Positions 9,477 through 20,116 of a stretch of DNA of 64,000 nucleotides are shown here, piece after piece. The stretch lies in the NCBI GenBank assembly GCA_963667845.2, contig CAXXVL010000002.1, positions 1,632,001-1,696,000 of the forward strand, read 5' to 3'. This DNA is from Smithellaceae bacterium. GTDB lineage: Bacteria; Desulfobacterota; Syntrophia; Syntrophales; Smithellaceae. Every line of letters starts with the position of its first letter. The stretch's first letter is position 1. The notes beneath the pieces are model-generated. The model did not search any database, was not told the DNA's origin, and saw only the letters and a list, made by a program, of their open reading frames with translations. A program made the translations under genes and the position numbers.

Positions 9477-10244
9477 ATGAAAATAAGGGTGCTGGGTTGT
9501 CACGGTTCACAACTGCCTCATCGCAATACAACCAGCTTTCTGATTGAAAAAAATGTTCTGATGGACGCGGGATCCGTCACGCCGGTGTTGACACTGGAAG
9601 AACAACTGCACATCGACTACATTTTTGTTACGCATGCCCATCTGGATCATGTGCGCGATATCATGTTTCTTGCGGATAATCTTTACTATGCGAAGCGGGA
9701 GAAACCGCTGGTTGTCTGCAGCAGCCGCGGAATCATTGAGACGATTCACCGTCATTTGTTCAATAACGTTATCTGGCCGGATTTTTCCAGAATTCCCAGC
9801 GTAAAAGCCCCCCTGATCAAATTCGAGATCCTCACACCCGGCCGGACGAAAATGCTGGGCAAATGGCAGGTGCGGGCGATGGGTGTTGATCATACCGTAG
9901 AAACCATGGGGTTTCTAATGGAGTCAAAAGGGAAGAATGTTTTTTTTCTGGGCGACACCGGACCGACTGAGGCTGTCTGGAAAATTGCCGGTAACACGAA
10001 GGGGCTCAAAGCGATATTTATTGAAACATCTTTGCCCGGCAGCATGCAGAACATAGCAGATCGAACCGGACATCTCACCCCGGTGACGCTGGCGGCGGAA
10101 CTGAAGAAACTGAGCAATGTTTCTCCGCAGATTTATCTTCATCATATGAAGCCTCAGTATGCGGAAGAGATCCGTCGCGAGGTCGCGGCACTTCAGAATA
10201 AGAAAATTCATATCATTGAAGACGGTCAGGTCATCCGCGTTTAA
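9477..10244 (+). CDS. Metallo-beta-lactamase fold 3',5'-cyclic nucleotide phosphodiesterase (class II-like)
   Basis: LGCHGS, DAGS, THAHLDH, IWPDF, GDTGPT, GHLTP, HMKP. Confidence 0.85.
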   Translation: MKIRVLGCHGSQLPHRNTTSFLIEKNVLMDAGSVTPVLTLEEQLHIDYIFVTHAHLDHVRDIMFLADNLYYAKREKPLVVCSSRGIIETIHRHLFNNVIWPDFSRIPSVKAPLIKFEILTPGRTKMLGKWQVRAMGVDHTVETMGFLMESKGKNVFFLGDTGPTEAVWKIAGNTKGLKAIFIETSLPGSMQNIADRTGHLTPVTLAAELKKLSNVSPQIYLHHMKPQYAEEIRREVAALQNKKIHIIEDGQVIRV

Positions 10245-10259
10245 TTTACCGGCAAGCTC

Positions 10260-11537
10260 ATGAATAAATTCAATCCCGGCGCTTATCTTTCCGGCCTGAA
10301 TATCGATGTAATGCATTTTGGCCTGGAAGCGATCGGCGAACTTCTGACCCGGTTTTGCAATCCGCAAAGCAGCTATCCGACCCTTCTTGTCGGCGGCACC
10401 AACGGCAAGGGATCGACCTCTGCGATGGCGGCGGCCGTCCTCGTTGAAGCGGGTTATCGGGTGGGGCTTTATACATCTCCCCATCTGCGGAACGTCCGGG
10501 AACGGATCGTCATTAACGGTAAAAAAATCCCCCCTCAAAAATTCAGTCGCATTCTCTCGGAGATCAAATATCGGGCCGTTGGGCCTCTGACCTATTTTGA
10601 AGCTCTGACCGCGGCGGCGCTGATTTATTTCGCACAGGAGCAGGTTGATATCGCTGTGATGGAAGTGGGACTTGGCGGCAGGCTCGATGCGACAAATGTC
10701 TGTCGCCCGCTGGTTTCCGTTATCACCAATATCGGTCTCGAACACACGGCTTATCTGGGCAATACCCTGACGGCGATTGCCGGTGAAAAGGCCGGGATCA
10801 TCAAACCGGCGGGCATCTGTATCACCGGTGCCACGCAAAAGAAAGTTGTGCAGACGATCACAGCCGTCTGTTGTGAAAAAAAAGCCGCCCTTTACCGGCT
10901 CGGGACGGATTTCAGGATGACGAAACGCGCGAACGGTCTGGCTGACTACCGCGGGATCGGCAGGCAATTAAAGGGTCTGGAGATTTCTTTGCCCGGCGGG
11001 CATCAGGCAGCCAATGCGGCATTGGCGCTGGCGTCGCTGGAAATTGTCGCCAGAAGCGGCTTCGTCGTTGATGACGGTTCGATCCGTGCCGGCTTGAAGA
11101 ATACACGCTGGGAAGCCCGGATGGAAATCCTGTGCGCCGATCCATTGTTCCTGCTTGATGGTGCTCATAATCCTTCCGGCATGACCGTTTTGCGCCGTGC
11201 CCTGCAAAAGGATTTTTCCTGGAGGCGATTGATTTTGATTTTTGCGGCGCTTGCGGATAAAGATTATCGCAGGATGCTGCAAATCATTGCACCCCTGGCC
11301 GCCCGGATCATTTTACCGCCGCTGAAGACGGCCAGGGCCGCCCCGCCAAAGCAGATGGCCTCGTTGATAAAAGAGCTGGGTTACCGGTCGACGGTGACGA
11401 AAAGCGTTGATCAGGCAATCCGCCGGGCCTTGGACACGGCCGATCCGGGAGACATGATCTGCGCCTTGGGATCTTTATATCTTGCGGGCGAGGTAAAACA
11501 GGCATTCCATCAAATCCGATCTTGTGGTAAGGCGTAG
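10260..11537 (+). CDS. folC: Folylpolyglutamate synthase/dihydrofolate synthase
   Basis: GTNGKGS, YTSPHL, EVGLGGRLDATN, EKAGIIK, DGAHN, GSLYLAG. Confidence 0.95.
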   Translation: MNKFNPGAYLSGLNIDVMHFGLEAIGELLTRFCNPQSSYPTLLVGGTNGKGSTSAMAAAVLVEAGYRVGLYTSPHLRNVRERIVINGKKIPPQKFSRILSEIKYRAVGPLTYFEALTAAALIYFAQEQVDIAVMEVGLGGRLDATNVCRPLVSVITNIGLEHTAYLGNTLTAIAGEKAGIIKPAGICITGATQKKVVQTITAVCCEKKAALYRLGTDFRMTKRANGLADYRGIGRQLKGLEISLPGGHQAANAALALASLEIVARSGFVVDDGSIRAGLKNTRWEARMEILCADPLFLLDGAHNPSGMTVLRRALQKDFSWRRLILIFAALADKDYRRMLQIIAPLAARIILPPLKTARAAPPKQMASLIKELGYRSTVTKSVDQAIRRALDTADPGDMICALGSLYLAGEVKQAFHQIRSCGKA

Positions 11538-11639
11538 CGCGGAAGAAAAAATAATGCGCCCCGGGGCGGAGCACGCTAAGCCTGCCGCCCTGAACCTTCA
11601 GCAACCCCGAGAATCGGGTGGAAGAAGGTGGAGCCGTAA

Positions 11640-13901
11640 ATGCCGTGCACAAGACGAAAGGTGAACGTATTGCTGATCGCATTCAAACATTATCTGGGCC
11701 GTGCGCTTCCGGTGATCTGCGGTGTCTTGTGTTTTGTAAGCGGCGTTTTCGCCCAGGATATGAAGATTCCCGCCGACGCGCCCGTGAAAATCGAAGCGGA
11801 TAATTTGTCCTATGATAATGAACATGACATTTATTCGGCGGAAGGCAACGTTGTGGTGACATATGGTGAAGGCGTCCTGACCGCGCAGCGTGTGCAATTC
11901 GATCGCAAGAAAAATCTGGCGGCCGCCGAAGGCGGAGCATTTCTAAAAATGGCGCAGGACACATTGCAAGGCGATAAAATTGTCGTGAATGTGGAAGATA
12001 AAACCGGCGTCGCTTACAACTCCAAAGTTTTTTATGAACGCAATCATTTTTATATCAAGGCCGATAAGATTGAAAAAACCGGAGCCAACACGTATACCCT
12101 TGAACGGCCGGTGGCGACGACCTGCGACGGGGACAATCCCGACTGGCAAATAGCAGGTTCGAAAATGAAAGTCACCATGGAGGGGTTTGGCTGGGTGGAA
12201 AATGCCCGCCTGCTGACAAAAGGTGTTCCGGTCTTCTATACACCGATTATCGCGTTTCCCGCAAAGACCAAGCGTCAGACCGGGTTTCTCCTTCCTTATC
12301 TGGCTTATTCCAGAAACAAGAACGGCGTCGATATTGAGATCCCCTTTTTCTGGGCGATTAATCCCCAGCTGGATGCAACCTTATATTCACGCTATATGGA
12401 AAAAAGAGGATACAAGCAGGGAGCGGAATTCCGGTATTTTGCGGGCAGCAAATTTTCCGGCACCCTTTACGGCGACTTCATGGAGGACAATAAGCATATC
12501 ACGGAAACTATCGATTCCGGCCTGTCCCGCGACTGGCAGGAAATGCACCGCCGGTGGTCATACTACGCCAACACCGAAACAAAATTCGATTCCCAGTTTT
12601 ATATCCGGACGGATTTGCGCCGTGTCTCCGATGCCTGGTATTTCCGCGATTTCAGCGCTCACAACTATTACCTGACAAACTTTTCGACATCGGAGGAAGA
12701 CCCGTTTCGGAGAGTTCCCTTTCAGGGGAATGAGTCATTGCGGTCCCTCGAATCATCGGCGCGAGTGTTTAAGGGATGGAATAATTATAATATCATGGCG
12801 CGGATCAGCTCAACGGATGATTTTGCTGCGACCAATAATGACCGGACCCTGCAGACCTACCCGGAAGTTATTCTGACCGGCATCCGGCAGCCGCTTTTTA
12901 AAACGCCTGTCTATTTTGCGTTTGCCGGCAACTATGACTACTTTTACCGCGGCGAAGGCACAAGGGGGCATTATGCGGATGTTGCGCCGACGTTGTCGCT
13001 GCCTCTGAGCCTGTCTCGGTATGCGAAAATTGCCCCCCAGCTTACGGTGCGGGAAATCTATTGGAACCGGGATGACGGCCAGATCGGTTCCGAGGGCAGG
13101 AGCGGCAACCGGACTATGTATAACGCCGGATTTAGCGCCAGCACCCAGCTCTCCAGAGTCTTCGATGTCCGCGTCCTCAACTGGGATAAGGTCCGCCATG
13201 AAATCAAACCGGAGGTCGTATATTCCTACGTGCCGGGCGTCCGTGAAAACGACATCCCCGACTATTTGCCGAGAATCAGTTCATTGCTTGATCCCTTTAC
13301 GTCTTTCAATAAGAGTGTTACCATCGATCAGTGGACAGAGCAAAATGCAGTGGCCTGGGCGATCACCAATACAGTTACCGCCCGGCTGAAAGACAAAACC
13401 GGGACGAACAGCTATCTGGAATTTTTCCGCTTCAAGCTGTTTCAGGTCTACGATATTCATGAAGCCAAAAAGGATATGACAGGCTCCGTTACGGAAAGGC
13501 GGCCCCTGTCCGATTTCGGAATCGAGCTGGATGTGAAGCCTCATCAGTATGTTTCGTTTGCCGCGCGCAATAGATACAGCCCTTACAGCGGCTGGAAAGA
13601 AATGAATTATGATCTGGGTTTGAATGACTGGCGCGGCGATAAATTGACGTTCGGTTACCGCTATACGCTGGATTCCATTAAAGAGATCAATATGGACTTA
13701 AGGGCGATGATTACCGAACGGTTAAGTGCGAGACTGGTTGTCCGGTTCGACCAGTTCAATAATCAAACCGTGGAAAGCACGGTCGGGCTTATGTATACCC
13801 AGCAGTGCTGGGGCATCGGAGCGGACTACAGCAAAACGTTCGATGATGAAAGAATTATGCTGAAAATTTCTCTGTCCGGGCTTGGTATGCTCGGTATTTA
13901 A
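11640..13901 (+). CDS. lptD: LPS assembly outer-membrane protein LptD
   Basis: Signal peptide, OstA-like N-domain (IEADNLSYD, AEGNV), TTC motif, RQTGFLLP, beta-barrel with C-terminal QQCW. Confidence 0.9.
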   Translation: MPCTRRKVNVLLIAFKHYLGRALPVICGVLCFVSGVFAQDMKIPADAPVKIEADNLSYDNEHDIYSAEGNVVVTYGEGVLTAQRVQFDRKKNLAAAEGGAFLKMAQDTLQGDKIVVNVEDKTGVAYNSKVFYERNHFYIKADKIEKTGANTYTLERPVATTCDGDNPDWQIAGSKMKVTMEGFGWVENARLLTKGVPVFYTPIIAFPAKTKRQTGFLLPYLAYSRNKNGVDIEIPFFWAINPQLDATLYSRYMEKRGYKQGAEFRYFAGSKFSGTLYGDFMEDNKHITETIDSGLSRDWQEMHRRWSYYANTETKFDSQFYIRTDLRRVSDAWYFRDFSAHNYYLTNFSTSEEDPFRRVPFQGNESLRSLESSARVFKGWNNYNIMARISSTDDFAATNNDRTLQTYPEVILTGIRQPLFKTPVYFAFAGNYDYFYRGEGTRGHYADVAPTLSLPLSLSRYAKIAPQLTVREIYWNRDDGQIGSEGRSGNRTMYNAGFSASTQLSRVFDVRVLNWDKVRHEIKPEVVYSYVPGVRENDIPDYLPRISSLLDPFTSFNKSVTIDQWTEQNAVAWAITNTVTARLKDKTGTNSYLEFFRFKLFQVYDIHEAKKDMTGSVTERRPLSDFGIELDVKPHQYVSFAARNRYSPYSGWKEMNYDLGLNDWRGDKLTFGYRYTLDSIKEINMDLRAMITERLSARLVVRFDQFNNQTVESTVGLMYTQQCWGIGADYSKTFDDERIMLKISLSGLGMLGI

Positions 13902-13994
13902 TTGCATATTTTACCGCTATGCCGTTTGATCAACGGCGGGGGCGTCATTTTGGCGGGAAGCGGGCGGAATTGTCGAGCGATGCAAATATTTTTC

Positions 13995-14023
13995 TTGACA
14001 AACAGACGGTAATTGCATAGCTT
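13995..14023 (+). promoter_or_regulatory. Predicted sigma70 promoter of rplM-rpsI
   Basis: TTGACA-17 bp-TAGCTT, 36 bp upstream of the rplM ATG. Confidence 0.6.
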
Positions 14024-14059
14024 GCATCTTTAAATTTTTAACTAAAGTGGCGGTTTAAT

Positions 14060-14488
14060 ATGAAAACATTTTCAGCGAAGGCAGAAGAGACAAAACAAGA
14101 CTGGCACGTGGTTGACGCGTCCGGTAAAGTATTAGGAAGGTTGGCGAGCGAGATCGCCCTGCGCCTTCGGGGCAAGCACAAAGCTATTTACACGCCGCAT
14201 GTGGATACCGGCGATTTTATCGTGGTGGTCAATGCGGAAAAAATTATTCTGACCGGTAAAAAGCTCACGGACAAGATCTATTATTCCTATTCCGGGTATC
14301 CGGGAGGATTAAGAGAAACGGCAGCCGGGAAGATGCTGGCGGAAAAGCCGGAAAATTTAATTCGCATTGCAGTGGCCGGCATGATGCCGAAAAACAATCT
14401 TGGCAGAAAAATGCTAAAGAAACTGAAGGTCTACAGCGGGAATGCCCATCCGCATGAAGCCCAGTGTCCGCAGACTTTGACCGTTTAA
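14060..14488 (+). CDS. rplM: 50S ribosomal protein L13
   Basis: [34 protein letters not shown]. Confidence 0.98.
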   Translation: MKTFSAKAEETKQDWHVVDASGKVLGRLASEIALRLRGKHKAIYTPHVDTGDFIVVVNAEKIILTGKKLTDKIYYSYSGYPGGLRETAAGKMLAEKPENLIRIAVAGMMPKNNLGRKMLKKLKVYSGNAHPHEAQCPQTLTV

Positions 14489-14533
14489 ATCGCCTGGGGC
14501 GACGATCGATTACAAATTTATTTGGGAGATATC

Positions 14534-14926
14534 ATGACAGTACAACGTTTTTATGCAACCGGTAAGAGAAAGAGCGCTATTGCACGCGTCTATATGAAGG
14601 CGGGCAGCGGCAATATCGTGGTGAACAAGAGAAACTACGAGGAATATTTTTCGCGTCCCAGCTTGAAAATGATTATCCGGCAGCCCTTGGAAATCACCGG
14701 TAAGAAGGACCAGTTCGATTTGTATGTTAATGTCAGCGGCGGCGGCGTTGCCGGTCAGGCCGGTGCTGTCAAACACGGAATTTCCAAAGCCCTTCTGGCG
14801 TACGACGCCGATTTGCGTCCCATTCTGAAAAAGGCGGGGTTTTTAACGCGTGACGCCCGCGTCGTTGAAAGAAAGAAATACGGCCAGCCGGGAGCCCGCA
14901 AGAGATTCCAATTCTCCAAACGTTAA
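14534..14926 (+). CDS. rpsI: 30S ribosomal protein S9
   Basis: [33 protein letters not shown]. Confidence 0.98.
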   Translation: MTVQRFYATGKRKSAIARVYMKAGSGNIVVNKRNYEEYFSRPSLKMIIRQPLEITGKKDQFDLYVNVSGGGVAGQAGAVKHGISKALLAYDADLRPILKKAGFLTRDARVVERKKYGQPGARKRFQFSKR

Positions 14927-14932
14927 TCATCC

Positions 14933-14962
14933 AAGGGGGGCTTTCAGGCCTCCCTTTTTTTT
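14933..14962 (+). terminator. Intrinsic terminator-like hairpin between rpsI and argC
   Basis: AAGGGGGGC-tttcag-GCCTCCCTT stem running into a T-tract. Confidence 0.6.
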
Positions 14963-14972
14963 GGAGCTTTTT

Positions 14973-16013
14973 ATGAAAATTAAAGCAGCGGTATTCGGTG
15001 CCAGCGGGTATACCGGACAGGAACTTATCCGGATTTTATCTTGCCATCCGCAGGTGGAACTGGTAGCCGCGACATCAAGACGCTATGCCGGAGTTAAAGT
15101 GGCGGAGGTTTTTCCATCGCTTTTCGGGCTGACGTCGCTTACTTACGTAAACGCCACGGCGGAAGAGATTGCCGGTCTGTGCGATGTGGTTTTCCTCGCT
15201 TTGCCGCACGGCGTCTCCATGGACATTGCACCCGTCTTTATCCGGGCGGGCAGGAAAGTAGTCGATCTTTCCGCCGACTATCGTCTGCGGGATCTGACCA
15301 CTTACGAGAAATGGTACGCCAAACACCATAGCGCCGACTTGTTCGGGCAGGCAGTTTACGGGCTTCCCGAGCTTTACCGGGAGTCCATTAAAAGATCCCA
15401 ATTGATTGCCAATCCCGGCTGCTATCCGACCAGCATTATCCTGGGGCTGACGCCTGCTCTCCGAAACAAGCTCGTGGACATCTCTACGATTATTGCCGAC
15501 TCCGCTTCCGGAGTGAGCGGTGCCGGACGCGATCCTGTTGTCGGGTCGCTTCTTTGCGAAGTGGACGGCGGGTTCAAGGCATATAAAGTCGGGAAACACA
15601 GGCACACACCGGAAATTGAGCAGGAATTGAATGCCCAGGCCGGGAAAACATTTGCGATTTCCTTTACCCCGCACTTATTGCCGGTGAAACGGGGTATTCT
15701 GTCGACGATTTATGCCACCCTGACGAAGGACATAACGCTGGCCGAACTGCACGCCGTTTATCAATCGGCTTATGCCGGTGAAAAGTTTGTGCGGATATGC
15801 CCGCTCGGAGCCACTCCGAATATTTCATCCGTCTGCGGATCAAATTACTGTGATATCGGACTTGCCCATGATCCGAGAACCCATCGGGTGATTATTATTT
15901 CCGCGATTGATAACCTGATGAAAGGTGCGGCCGGACAGGCGGTGCAGAACATGAATCTGGTCTGCGCTCTGGCGGAAGACAGCGGTCTTGCGATGCCCCC
16001 TCTTTATCCCTAA
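14973..16013 (+). CDS. argC: N-acetyl-gamma-glutamyl-phosphate reductase
   Basis: GASGYTG, LALPHG, DLSADYR, ANPGCYPT, SGVSGAGR, DNLMKGAAGQAVQNMN. Confidence 0.97.
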   Translation: MKIKAAVFGASGYTGQELIRILSCHPQVELVAATSRRYAGVKVAEVFPSLFGLTSLTYVNATAEEIAGLCDVVFLALPHGVSMDIAPVFIRAGRKVVDLSADYRLRDLTTYEKWYAKHHSADLFGQAVYGLPELYRESIKRSQLIANPGCYPTSIILGLTPALRNKLVDISTIIADSASGVSGAGRDPVVGSLLCEVDGGFKAYKVGKHRHTPEIEQELNAQAGKTFAISFTPHLLPVKRGILSTIYATLTKDITLAELHAVYQSAYAGEKFVRICPLGATPNISSVCGSNYCDIGLAHDPRTHRVIIISAIDNLMKGAAGQAVQNMNLVCALAEDSGLAMPPLYP

Positions 16014-16028
16014 GGAAAGTCATACAAC

Positions 16029-17501
16029 ATGTCCCTGAAAATATTTAATACCAGAACGAGAAAAAAAGAAACGTTTGTACCCGTTAAAGAAGGGGCCGTC
16101 GGCATGTATGTCTGCGGCATTACCGCTTATGATGTCTGTCACGTCGGGCATGCCCGCGCCGCCGTGGTTTTTGATGTCGTCTTTCGGCATTTAAAAACCC
16201 GCGGCTACACGGTCACCTATGTCAAGAACTTTACCGATATCGACGACAAGATTATCGATCGGGCGAATAAAGAGGGTGTCGGCATCGGCGAGATAGCCTC
16301 GCGATACATTAAACTGCATGATGAGGATATGGCTTCACTCAATGTTCTGACGCCTACGGTAACGCCAAGGGCGACCGATCACATGGCGGACATGATTGCT
16401 TTGATCAAGACGCTCGAAGAAAAAGGCATTGCCTACTCGGTGGAGGGGGATGTGTTTTTTGCAGTTGACCGTTTCCCTGCTTATGGCGGTTTATCGGGGC
16501 GTCATCTCGATGAGATGATGGCCGGCGCCCGCGTGGACGTGAATGACAAGAAAAGAAATCCGCTCGACTTTGTCCTGTGGAAGAAAAGCAAGGAAGGCGA
16601 ACCCTTCTGGGAGAGTCCCTGGGGAAACGGCAGGCCTGGCTGGCACATCGAGTGTTCCGCCATGAGCCGGCGTTATCTGGGCGAAACATTTGATATTCAC
16701 GGGGGCGGCGAAGACCTGATTTTCCCGCACCACGAAAATGAAATCGCGCAATCCCAGGCGGCGACGGGGAAGCCCCCTGCAAATTACTGGGTGCACAACG
16801 GCTTCGTGAAGATCAACGCGGAAAAGATGTCGAAGTCGCTGGGGAATATCTTTCCCATCCGCGAAATTGTCAAACAATACCACCCGGAGGTTCTGCGCCT
16901 TTTTATGCTCCAGAGCCATTATCGAAGTCCCGTGGATTATTCGGAGGCATCTCTTACGGAGGCCCGGACAGCGCTTATCCGCTGCTATACCGCTTTACAG
17001 CAGATGAAAGAAACGCGGGCCATGATTGCCGAGCCAGGCAAAGAAAAACCGACTGCCGGAGAGACCCAATACACCAATAAACTGGACGAATTAAAAAGCA
17101 AGTTCGATGCTGCGCTGGACGATGATTTTAACACGGCCCAGGCTCTGGGATATGTCTTTGACGCGGCGAGGCTTGTGAACCAAATCACAATGGCGGAAAA
17201 GAAGATGCCGATGCCGGCCAAGCAGGTGATCCTTGCGACCGCAGCAGACGTCTTCATGCATTTCGGCAACGGACTGGGCGTTTTTCAGTCGGATCCGGAC
17301 GTCTTTTTCCAGGTCGACCGGGACGTCGAAGTCCGGAAGCGCGGCCTCAAGGCGGCGGACATCGAGGCGCAGATTGAGGAGAGGCAAAAAGCCCGTGAAG
17401 AAAAAGACTGGACCCGGGCCGATGATATTCGACAGGCATTGGCTTTGCAGAAAGTTACCTTAAAGGATTCTAAAGGCCGGACGACCTGGTCGATTGAGTG
17501 A
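16029..17501 (+). CDS. cysS: Cysteine--tRNA ligase
   Basis: CGITAYD, HVGH, GRPGWHIEC, DIHGGG, FPHHENE, KMSKS. Confidence 0.98.
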   Translation: MSLKIFNTRTRKKETFVPVKEGAVGMYVCGITAYDVCHVGHARAAVVFDVVFRHLKTRGYTVTYVKNFTDIDDKIIDRANKEGVGIGEIASRYIKLHDEDMASLNVLTPTVTPRATDHMADMIALIKTLEEKGIAYSVEGDVFFAVDRFPAYGGLSGRHLDEMMAGARVDVNDKKRNPLDFVLWKKSKEGEPFWESPWGNGRPGWHIECSAMSRRYLGETFDIHGGGEDLIFPHHENEIAQSQAATGKPPANYWVHNGFVKINAEKMSKSLGNIFPIREIVKQYHPEVLRLFMLQSHYRSPVDYSEASLTEARTALIRCYTALQQMKETRAMIAEPGKEKPTAGETQYTNKLDELKSKFDAALDDDFNTAQALGYVFDAARLVNQITMAEKKMPMPAKQVILATAADVFMHFGNGLGVFQSDPDVFFQVDRDVEVRKRGLKAADIEAQIEERQKAREEKDWTRADDIRQALALQKVTLKDSKGRTTWSIE

Positions 17502-17668
17502 GAGCCGCCCCCTGCCGGTTTTTCCATGTTTTATCCGTAAAAACACGCTTAATATTTATTTCTTTTTGCTGAAATATATGGAAAATAACTTAGGCGATAG
17601 TATATACTTTTTTGCATTGATGTCATATCTTCATATTATTAAATACATTATTTGCGGTGAGGCAGAAC

Positions 17669-18988
17669 ATGAAAAACGTATCCGGTAAATGGTCAGTATT
17701 CATCATTATTCTCCTGGTGATTCTTGTTGTCTTTGGATCCTCCTCCGACAGCAAGGTTCCTGCCAAGGATAAGAATATCTACAAGGAAATTAAAACATTC
17801 AACGAAGTTCTGGATATGGTGCAGAAGAACTATGTTGATGAAGTGGATCCCTCTGTTCTGATTCAGGGAGCGATTAACGGTATGATCAAATCCCTGGACC
17901 CGCACAGCGCGTTTATGACTCCCGATATCTATAAGGAACTGGAAGTTGAAACGCAGGGTCGTTTTGGCGGAATTGGCATAGAGATTACGATCCTGAAGGA
18001 CGTGTTGACCGTTGTTTCTCCTATTGAAGATACACCTGCATTTAATGCCGGCGTAAAGTCCGGCGATCAGATCGTCAAAATCGACGGCAAATCCACAAAA
18101 GACATTACCATTCTGGAAGCCGTTAAAAAGCTGCGCGGCCCGAAAGATACGAAGGTCACCATCACGATCATGCGGGAGAATATGACCCAGCCCAGGGACA
18201 TCATCCTGACCCGGGCCATTATTCAGGTCAAGAGCGTTAAAGCCAAAACCTTTGATGACCACATCGGTTACATCCGCGTTGCATCTTTTCATGAAAGGAC
18301 CGCTGCCGATCTGCGCAAAGCATGGTCCGAAGTGAGTGAAAAGACAAAACCGATCAAGGGACTCGTGCTCGATTTGCGAAATGATCCGGGCGGACTTCTG
18401 AATCAGGCCATTGAGGTTTCCGATATGTTCCTGAAGTCGGGCATCATTGTTTCGACGCGCGGGCGGACGAAAAATATGGAAACCAAGACGATGGCCAGGG
18501 ACAATGGGGATCAGGATATCAATGTTCCGCTGGTCGTCCTGGTGAACGAAGGTACCGCGAGTGCGGCGGAGATCGTTGCGGGAGCTCTGCAGGACAATGG
18601 CCGGGCGCTGATCATCGGAACGCAAACATTTGGCAAAGCGTCCGTTCAAACCGTGATTCCCCTGGAAAACGGTTCCGCGCTGAAACTGACGACAGCCCGA
18701 TACTATACGCCCAATGGCCGGTCTATTCAGGCCGAAGGCATCAAGCCGGACATTATCGTGAGGCTGGTCCGGCCGGCCGATGAAAAAGAAGATCGTTTCG
18801 AAGAACGCGTCCGGGAAAAAGATCTCAAGGGGCACATTAAACCGGCAAAGGAAGACGGTACGCAGCTGGAGGAAAATAAAGCCGAAGGTCTCAAGCAGAC
18901 GACGGATCTGGACAAGGACAATCAATTGAAAGCGGCCGTTGATATTCTGAAAAGCTGGCAGATCATGAAGAAGAATCCGGTAAACTGA
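17669..18988 (+). CDS. ctpA: Carboxyl-terminal processing protease (S41, PDZ)
   Basis: LDPHS, GGIGIEI PDZ loop, DLRNDPGG, TASAAEIVAGALQD, TFGK, YYTPNGRSIQ. Confidence 0.92.
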   Translation: MKNVSGKWSVFIIILLVILVVFGSSSDSKVPAKDKNIYKEIKTFNEVLDMVQKNYVDEVDPSVLIQGAINGMIKSLDPHSAFMTPDIYKELEVETQGRFGGIGIEITILKDVLTVVSPIEDTPAFNAGVKSGDQIVKIDGKSTKDITILEAVKKLRGPKDTKVTITIMRENMTQPRDIILTRAIIQVKSVKAKTFDDHIGYIRVASFHERTAADLRKAWSEVSEKTKPIKGLVLDLRNDPGGLLNQAIEVSDMFLKSGIIVSTRGRTKNMETKTMARDNGDQDINVPLVVLVNEGTASAAEIVAGALQDNGRALIIGTQTFGKASVQTVIPLENGSALKLTTARYYTPNGRSIQAEGIKPDIIVRLVRPADEKEDRFEERVREKDLKGHIKPAKEDGTQLEENKAEGLKQTTDLDKDNQLKAAVDILKSWQIMKKNPVN

Positions 18989-19022
18989 CCCTGTTTTTTT
19001 AAGAGAGCTGTTTTTGCCGGCT

Positions 19023-20060
19023 ATGAAAAAAAAGAATAAAAAAAAATATGTCACGGCGGCTTTAATCACGCTGATTGTTTTGTCCATCGCCGCGATCGTT
19101 TACGTCATCGCGTTTCACGAGGAAGAAATGATTGCGGGGAAGTCCGGGCCGGCCGGGAAGAAGCACGCAAAGATTCGGGAGACTGATTCGAAAGAAAAGC
19201 CGTCTTTGCAGTCTCCGGTCAAGGCGCCGGCGAAAGCGAAGTCTTTGACCCAGGCTGCGCCCCGGATGCCGAATAAAGAAACAAGGCAAGAAGGGCAGGA
19301 GACTCCTGTGCTCCCGCAAACCGGTAATGAGCCCCCGCAGAAAGAGAAGATCGTCGTTGCCAGGCATGTGCCCCAGCGGCTACCTTTGAAGCAGGTAGCC
19401 ATCATTATCGACGATATCGGGTATGATCTCGCCACCGTGCGGGAACTGCTGAGTATCGATGCGGATATCACCTACGCCATTTTGCCGCTCGTTGCCCATT
19501 CGCGGGAAGCAGCCGAAATGCTGCACAAGGCCGATCACGAAACGTTGTTGCACCTGCCGATGGAACCGCTCTCGTACCCGAAGGAAAAACCGGGCAACGG
19601 GGCTCTTTTTACGGACATGAATGATGACGAGCTTGTCTTTCAACTCAATTCCGACCTGGCTTCCGTTCCATACGTTTCGGGGGTCAACAACCACATGGGC
19701 TCCAAATTCATGTCTAATGAAGAACGGCTTCTGCCGGTTTTTAAAGAACTTAAAAAAAGGGGTTTGTTTTTTATAGATTCGCGGACGACCGGAAATTCCA
19801 AAACGACTGCCGCATCGCAGAAAGTCCATTTAACGGTCGCATCACGCAAAATCTTTCTGGATAATGAGCGTGATTATTCCAAGATCTACCGGATCCTGAT
19901 GGAGGTAGCTGAAGCGCCGGCTGACGGTTCGCCGCTGATTATCATCGGACATCCTCATCCGGAAACCATTCGGGCGATCAGAGACGCCAGCAAAGTATTC
20001 AGGGAAAAAGGAGTTTCGATCATCCCGGTCTCCAAATTGCTGCAGAAGCAACCGTCATAA
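19023..20060 (+). CDS. Divergent polysaccharide deacetylase (YibQ family)
   Basis: IIIDDIG, LHLPMEP, GVNNHMGS, FIDSRT, FLDN, IGHP; N-terminal TM anchor; follows ctpA. Confidence 0.92.
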   Translation: MKKKNKKKYVTAALITLIVLSIAAIVYVIAFHEEEMIAGKSGPAGKKHAKIRETDSKEKPSLQSPVKAPAKAKSLTQAAPRMPNKETRQEGQETPVLPQTGNEPPQKEKIVVARHVPQRLPLKQVAIIIDDIGYDLATVRELLSIDADITYAILPLVAHSREAAEMLHKADHETLLHLPMEPLSYPKEKPGNGALFTDMNDDELVFQLNSDLASVPYVSGVNNHMGSKFMSNEERLLPVFKELKKRGLFFIDSRTTGNSKTTAASQKVHLTVASRKIFLDNERDYSKIYRILMEVAEAPADGSPLIIIGHPHPETIRAIRDASKVFREKGVSIIPVSKLLQKQPS

Positions 20061-20116
20061 AGGTATGTCCCGGCTGTCCGTTTTCCGGGAGATAAGAATT
20101 GAGAGTAACGATCATC

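Noticed and set aside
17693..19087. Long antisense ORFs (e.g. 17693-19087, 4283-5368, 36518-37693, 51471-52580, 61121-62176)
   Set aside because: Shadows of well-supported genes on the opposite strand; no motifs
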